A stretch of DNA of 21,757 nucleotides, from contig JAFGGO010000164.1 of the NCBI GenBank assembly GCA_016930515.1, forward strand, positions 1 to 21,757, written 5' to 3'. The notes under the pieces were generated by a model that ran no database searches, was not told the DNA's origin, and saw only the letters and a list, made by a program, of their open reading frames with translations. A program made the position numbers and the translations under genes. The stretch comes from Promethearchaeota archaeon. Lineage in GTDB: Archaea > Asgardarchaeota > Lokiarchaeia > Sigyniarchaeales > SOKP01. Each line of letters opens with the position of its first letter. The stretch's first letter is position 1. Positions 17,144-21,757 of the stretch are shown piece by piece.

Positions 17144-17920
17144 TCACTTAAGATTTCCTCGCCAAATCCCTTCTTTAAAACAAGCTTTAATGCATTTACC
17201 GCACACATTATGTTTCAGATCGAGGGAAAGAATGAAGTTTCTGCATTTCTCTCGATGGTCACCAAGATTATCTTTTTTTTCTAAAATAGGACACACCCTT
17301 AAGCAAGCGTCGCATTCCCCACATTGAGTTTCAATCTTATGCCCTTGTTTTAGCGGCAACTTGCATAAAATGGATGTAAAGCGAACAGCAGGTCCAAAAG
17401 CGGTCGTGACGATTAAGTCGTTTTTGCCTCTCCAACCAATCCCAGCGTGTTCGGCAACGACCCTATGTGAAATAGTGTGTGGAAAGTAATCGCTAACGTG
17501 ACTTATTTTCTCCGTTGGCACGCCTGTAGTCGGAGGTACGCATATTCCATTAAATTCATGTGCAATTTTTTCCCCAATTTCGGAGAGTAAATTATTCAAG
17601 TGAGCGTATTCATCTCCGTATTGATCCCAATATTCTTTATAGACGACATTATTTTTTGAAACATTAATACCTTCGATAATTCCATCGGGATAAAACAAGC
17701 CAAGAGATATAATATTTCCCAAATTCTTATACTCTTCCAATTCCTCTTTGAGAAGCTTTTCAAGTCTTTTTTTCTGGACAGGCATTAGATCTTTGAATAC
17801 TAAAGAAAATTTGGCTACTCCAAATACGCCTTCATAATCGTTCTCGTGTAGGAAATCCGAAAAGAATTGGTAAATTCTGTCTTTATTATTATCTTTTACA
17901 GAATTTGGATTACTATTCAT
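17144..17920 (-). CDS. QueG / reductive-dehalogenase-like 4Fe-4S protein
   Basis: SHRVVAEHAGIGWRGKNDL...FGPAVRFTSIL; CGECDACLRVCP; C-x13-CGKCIKAC. Confidence 0.8.
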   Translation of the reverse strand: MNSNPNSVKDNNKDRIYQFFSDFLHENDYEGVFGVAKFSLVFKDLMPVQKKRLEKLLKEELEEYKNLGNIISLGLFYPDGIIEGINVSKNNVVYKEYWDQYGDEYAHLNNLLSEIGEKIAHEFNGICVPPTTGVPTEKISHVSDYFPHTISHRVVAEHAGIGWRGKNDLIVTTAFGPAVRFTSILCKLPLKQGHKIETQCGECDACLRVCPILEKKDNLGDHREKCRNFILSLDLKHNVCGKCIKACFKEGIWRGNLK

Positions 17921-18027
17921 TAAAGTTCTATCCTGATTATCAATTATGTAGTTAAATTTCTTTGAAATCTAAAATTTTACCTTTTAGGTCGTTAAACAAA
18001 CTATAAATATCATCTTCCCTTAGTTTA

Positions 18028-18035
18028 TTTATAAT
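18028..18035 (+). promoter_or_regulatory. Candidate TATA box for the trp leader transcript
   Basis: TTTATAAT starting 35 nt before the leader ATG. An alternative TATAAAT lies at 18002-18008. The region is AT-rich and shared with the divergent gene. Confidence 0.4.
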
Positions 18036-18062
18036 TTAACAAAACAAAGTTGAGAACATAAC

Positions 18063-18134
18063 ATGCCTAATTTATTAGTCAAGACTGGTCTTCGCACTAC
18101 AACTTGGTTTTGGGTTTGGCGTTGGCACGCATAG
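18063..18134 (+). CDS. trpL: Trp-rich leader peptide (TrpL-like), 23 aa MPNLLVKTGLRTTTWFWVWRWHA
   Basis: ATG at 18063, TGG codons at 18105, 18111, 18117 and 18123, TAG at 18132-18134. It lies 143 nt upstream of trpE on the same strand. The symbol is given by analogy, not homology. Confidence 0.85.
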   Translation: MPNLLVKTGLRTTTWFWVWRWHA

Positions 18135-18191
18135 AACGTGCGCAATGGCAACTTTCAGATCTTAATCATCTTTAAAATCTAGATTTTTTTT
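18120..18191 (+). terminator. Putative attenuator: hairpin over the leader stop, weak AU stem and U8 tract
   Basis: CGTTG-GCACG (18120-18129) pairs with CGTGC-g-CAATG (18137-18147), loop CATAGAA. AGAT-c-TTAA/TTAA-a-ATCT stem at 18157-18180. T8 at 18184-18191. Confidence 0.65.
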
Positions 18192-18277
18192 CGTTATTAC
18201 GATTATCAGAATTTAAAAGCGAGAGTTCTTCAAACATATATAAGAGATAAAAAAATAAATAAAAAGGATAAGATAAA

Positions 18278-19795
18278 ATGATTGACGAAAACATCGAATT
18301 TGACATTCATATTGAAAAACTTGGAACGGTCAAAAATTCGGATATTTTTGGATTTTACAAGTATTTAGTAGCAAAATACGACTTAAAAAATCACGTGTTA
18401 TTGGAATCCGCTTCGGAAAGCACCAAAGAAGCCTTGTATAGTTTTATTGCCATGAAACCGGATTTCATGCTTCAAATTACCAAGGATCAGCACAAGATTT
18501 ACGATATCACCACCGAAAGGGGTGAAAACATCAAACATTACATTGAATCAAAGGATCCCGCAGAAGAAAGACCACACAATCCACTCCCATTCAAGGATAA
18601 TGTCGAATATAACATGGTTGCTCTAGATACCTTAAGTCACCTTACACCCTATTCAAACCTGCCTTTCACGGAATTGTTCCCAAGAAACATTTTTTATGGT
18701 GGAATGTTGGGATACATCGGTTATGATGTAGTAGCACCTTACGTGGGATATTCTGCCTCAAGCGATTTTCAAGACATCCTTATGGGCCTTTACACCAAAG
18801 TTTTAGTGTATTCTCACAAATCTAATTCAATATTCATGATCGACAACAGCATCGACGATTATTCTAAGGATAAGGACATAAGGTATCAATTAAGCTTGTT
18901 TAACAGGGAGCACGCTTCCAATGAAATTGCTGATATTCCGACGGACATTGAGGATATAGACGAATCGACTTTTCGATCAAATACGAGCAAGAGTGCTCAC
19001 GAAAAAATGGTTGAAAAAACCAAGGAGCACATTTATGCTGGTGATATCATCCAAGCGGTTATTTCAAGAAGATTATACGCAGAAAGCAAGGTTGAACCCT
19101 TGGAGATTTACGAAATATTGCGCCAACTCAATCCAAGCCCTTACATGTATAATATTAACTTTAAGGAGATTCACGTGATTGGCAGCAGTCCCGAAGCGCT
19201 CATCTCAAAAAACAAGGACATATTATCGACCGTGCCAATAGCGGGAACTATAAGAAGAGGAAAAACTGCGGAAGAGGACTTAAAACTGGAAAAACAACTC
19301 ATCAACGATCCAAAAGAACAAGCTGAACACCTCCAGTTAACGGATCTTGCTAGAAATGACTTGGCAAAGGTTTCTTATCCCGGAACGGTTGAAACGCACG
19401 ATTTCATGACAATACAGAAATATCAGAAAGTTCAGCACATCGTTAGCAAGGTCCAGAGTAGGACACCACTAGACGGATATCAAGTTTTAAAAAGTGTCTT
19501 CCCTGCTGGGACGCTTAGTGGGGCTCCGAAATTGAAAGCAATGCAAATAATTAACGAGTTAGAAACGGAATCGAGAGGACCATATGGAGGAGGGATCGGA
19601 TATTTCGCCTTCAACGGTGATATGGCGTTCGCAATAGCAATAAGAACTTTATTTGGAAGGGATAACAAGTATTTTGCTCAAGCTGGTGGGGGTATTGTAG
19701 CGGATAGCGTTCCAGAGGATGAATATGCTGAAACTTATAATAAGCTTTACAGCGTACTTAAATCAATAAAAATTGCGGAGGATAAAGGAAAATGA
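18278..19795 (+). CDS. trpE: Anthranilate synthase component I
   Basis: Trp feedback motifs LLES and NPSPYM; GSSPE, PIAGT, AEH-x3-DLARND, FPAGTLSGAPK, RGPYGG, IAIRT, QAGGGIVADS. Confidence 0.93.
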   Translation: MIDENIEFDIHIEKLGTVKNSDIFGFYKYLVAKYDLKNHVLLESASESTKEALYSFIAMKPDFMLQITKDQHKIYDITTERGENIKHYIESKDPAEERPHNPLPFKDNVEYNMVALDTLSHLTPYSNLPFTELFPRNIFYGGMLGYIGYDVVAPYVGYSASSDFQDILMGLYTKVLVYSHKSNSIFMIDNSIDDYSKDKDIRYQLSLFNREHASNEIADIPTDIEDIDESTFRSNTSKSAHEKMVEKTKEHIYAGDIIQAVISRRLYAESKVEPLEIYEILRQLNPSPYMYNINFKEIHVIGSSPEALISKNKDILSTVPIAGTIRRGKTAEEDLKLEKQLINDPKEQAEHLQLTDLARNDLAKVSYPGTVETHDFMTIQKYQKVQHIVSKVQSRTPLDGYQVLKSVFPAGTLSGAPKLKAMQIINELETESRGPYGGGIGYFAFNGDMAFAIAIRTLFGRDNKYFAQAGGGIVADSVPEDEYAETYNKLYSVLKSIKIAEDKGK

Positions 19796-20388
19796 ATATT
19801 TTATTTATAAACAATTATGATAGTTTTGTGTATAATTTAGTAAATTATATTTGTCAACTTACACCAGATTCAAATATAATCGTTGAGGATAACCAGATAT
19901 CTCTTGAAAAAGTAAAAGAATATGTTCCAAATAAAATAATCATTTCACCAGGTCCTGGTCATCCCAAATACGATTCAGGAACAGTAATACCAATTATCAA
20001 GGAATATTACGATAAAGTCCCTATATTGGGCGTTTGTTTGGGACATCAAGCAATGGTGGAAGCGTTTGGAGAAAATCCAGATGAAGAATATGTCGGATTA
20101 GCAAAAGTAGGACCAATGCACGGTAAAGAATCAAAAGTATTTCACGACCAAGAAACCATTTTTAAAAACATCCCTAATCCACTTAGAGTGATCCGATACC
20201 ATTCATTAGCAGCTAAGGGGGATATTCTGCCTAAAGTTCTCAAAATCACTGCGACAGCCGACGATGGTACAATAATGGCAATACGCCATAAGAATTATCC
20301 CGTAGAAGGAGTGCAATTTCATCCCGAATCCATAAAAATGAAGCCTGACGGAATGAAAATTTTAAAGAATTTCATGGAATTAGAATAA
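19792..20388 (+). CDS. trpG: Anthranilate synthase component II (glutamine amidotransferase)
   Basis: NYDSFVYNL, ISPGPGHP, GVCLGHQ, MHGK, RYHSL, GVQFHPES. ATGA overlap with trpE. Confidence 0.93.
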   Translation: MNILFINNYDSFVYNLVNYICQLTPDSNIIVEDNQISLEKVKEYVPNKIIISPGPGHPKYDSGTVIPIIKEYYDKVPILGVCLGHQAMVEAFGENPDEEYVGLAKVGPMHGKESKVFHDQETIFKNIPNPLRVIRYHSLAAKGDILPKVLKITATADDGTIMAIRHKNYPVEGVQFHPESIKMKPDGMKILKNFMELE

Positions 20389-20461
20389 TTAAGGTAAGGA
20401 ACAATTATTAAATAAACAATTAACTAATAAACATTGAAAAATTTGAATACTACTATTAAAA

Positions 20462-21355
20462 ATGGATGAGTATATAATATATAAAAATGAAAAATATTCC
20501 CTTTGGAATAAAAGGTTAGATATAATTGAAAAAGAAATTAAATCCATTTTAGAATTGACAGACCTATTTAAATTTAAGGATTTAAAAGGATTAGCTTTAA
20601 AAACAAATAAGATAACTAGTTTAGAAGGTGTAGAAAAATTCTTAGAACTAAGTAGCTTAAACTTAAGAAAAAATAATATTGAAAAAATAGAAAATCTTGA
20701 TAAACTTGATAATTTAGTGGAATTAATCTTAGAATTTAATAAAATAGGAATTATAGAAGGATTTGCGAATTTAAAAAATTTAACCTACTTGAATCTTTCA
20801 CATAATAACATTAAGAGAATCGAAAATTTAGAGAATTTAGAAGCCTTAAAAACATTAAATCTTAGCTTTAATGAAATATCAAAAATTGAAGGTCTATCAA
20901 CTTTAAAAAATCTGGAAAAATTGGATTTGACAAGAAATGTAAATATTTCTAAAATTGAAAATCTCGATAATTTAGAAAATTTGAAAACACTTATCATTGA
21001 TGGAACCTCAATAAAAAAAATTGAAGGACTGTCAAAATTAAAAAATCTTGAATTTTTAAGCATCGTTTGTGATAAAAATAAAGAACGAATTACTGAAATA
21101 GAAGGTTTAGAACACTTAATAAATTTGAAGGATATTTCTATAAACACTTTTTATCTTCATCATTCGGAATTTAGTTATTCTAATATAGTTATTATTCTTC
21201 GTTTTGCTTGCATGATAAAAACTAATGAATATCATTCAATTGAAGATTGGAAAGAAATTTTCAAAAGATTTCCTAAAGCATTCACAAATTTTGAGATCAA
21301 TTTACCAGATCCGAGAATTAAATGGTATGTAAAACTATGTAGCTCAAAATTATAA
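20462..21355 (+). CDS. SDS22-like leucine-rich repeat protein
   Basis: 22-aa units LxxLxLxxNxIxxIExL (e.g. LTYLNLSHNNIKRIENLENLEA, LKTLNLSFNEISKIEGLSTLKN). The frame stays open for 34 codons after the TAA. Confidence 0.88.
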   Translation: MDEYIIYKNEKYSLWNKRLDIIEKEIKSILELTDLFKFKDLKGLALKTNKITSLEGVEKFLELSSLNLRKNNIEKIENLDKLDNLVELILEFNKIGIIEGFANLKNLTYLNLSHNNIKRIENLENLEALKTLNLSFNEISKIEGLSTLKNLEKLDLTRNVNISKIENLDNLENLKTLIIDGTSIKKIEGLSKLKNLEFLSIVCDKNKERITEIEGLEHLINLKDISINTFYLHHSEFSYSNIVIILRFACMIKTNEYHSIEDWKEIFKRFPKAFTNFEINLPDPRIKWYVKLCSSKL

Positions 21356-21476
21356 GATATCATTGAAAAAATATTAAATAATCCACATTATTCTGACATA
21401 AGAGAAGGTCAAGAATCATTTTGGAATGAATTTAAAGTTAAAATTGGAGAAATTTTATGATTGATAGGTGAAGTAA

Positions 21477-21757
21477 ATGGATGATTTTATAATTTTTAAT
21501 CAAAAGAAATATTTCATTAGAAACAACACGATAAAATTGACAAGTAATGAAATTAATTCCCTATTAGAAATAGAAGACCTATTTAAATTTAAAAAATTAC
21601 TTGGATTGCATTTACAAAACAATAATATTTTAACATTTAAGGGAGTAGAAGAGTTTCCAGATTTAACAATACTGGACCTAACTGAGAATAAAATAGAAAA
21701 AATATCTAATCTGGAAAATAATATCAAATTAAAGAAATTATACCTCAGGAAAAATCA
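21477..21757 (+). CDS. Second LRR protein, paralogue of the upstream gene, 3'-truncated by the window edge
   Basis: Not on the ORF track. GGTGA RBS at 21467-21471, then MDDFIIFNQKKYFIRNNTIKLTSNEINSLLEIEDLFKFKKLLGLHLQNNNILTFKGVEEFPDLTILDLTENKIEKISNLENNIKLKKLYLRKN, open to the window end. Confidence 0.88.
   Translation, partial: MDDFIIFNQKKYFIRNNTIKLTSNEINSLLEIEDLFKFKKLLGLHLQNNNILTFKGVEEFPDLTILDLTENKIEKISNLENNIKLKKLYLRKN

Noticed and set aside
17144-17920. Functional link between the QueG-like gene and the GUN-anticodon tRNA-His
   Set aside because: They are 13 kb apart, no other queuosine genes are present, and QueG activity is not established for this protein.
18278-20388. pabB/pabA assignment
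   Set aside because: LLES plus NPSPYM, PIAGT rather than PIKGT, the Trp-rich leader and the absence of Trp residues favour trpE/trpG.
20640-21130. Roughly 66-nt periodic DNA similarity considered as a CRISPR array or tandem repeat
   Set aside because: The repeats are degenerate and in frame, reflecting 22-aa LRR units; there are no identical repeats with unique spacers.
249-21727. Short antisense or alternate-frame ORFs (e.g. 249-455, 2630-2875, 3831-4142, 6725-7240, 8672-8980, 11600-11965, 13880-14275, 14632-14904, 16720-16980, 20785-21147, 21500-21727)
   Set aside because: They are shadows of well-supported genes and carry no motifs of their own; 21500-21727 is antisense to the truncated LRR gene.

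Overview
AT-rich archaeal chromosomal window, inferred to be Asgard (Lokiarchaeia/Promethearchaeota-like) from a BHB-intron tRNA, GGTGA/TATA signals, SDS22-type LRR proteins and recalled Loki-type hypothetical families. Left to right: the 3' part of a large hypothetical gene with an abrupt internal GC drop, an LRR protein, a tRNA-His(GUG) with two 30-nt non-canonical introns (not on the ORF track), phnN, a DtxR/MntR regulator, a hypothetical, an RHH regulator, a Zn-dependent polyol dehydrogenase, an MBL hydrolase, lsrF, a Zn-finger-like hypothetical, a membrane protein, a DUF4332-transglutaminase fusion, an EamA transporter, an ABC exporter pair, a MaoC hydratase, a QueG-like Fe-S protein, trpE-trpG and two tandem LRR paralogues. 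The main finding is a 23-codon leader ORF (MPNLLVKTGLRTTTWFWVWRWHA) with four Trp codons upstream of trpE. It is followed by a hairpin over its stop codon and a U8 tract, which looks like a ribosome-dependent Trp attenuator in an archaeon. No CRISPR array, rRNA, transposase or integrase was seen.
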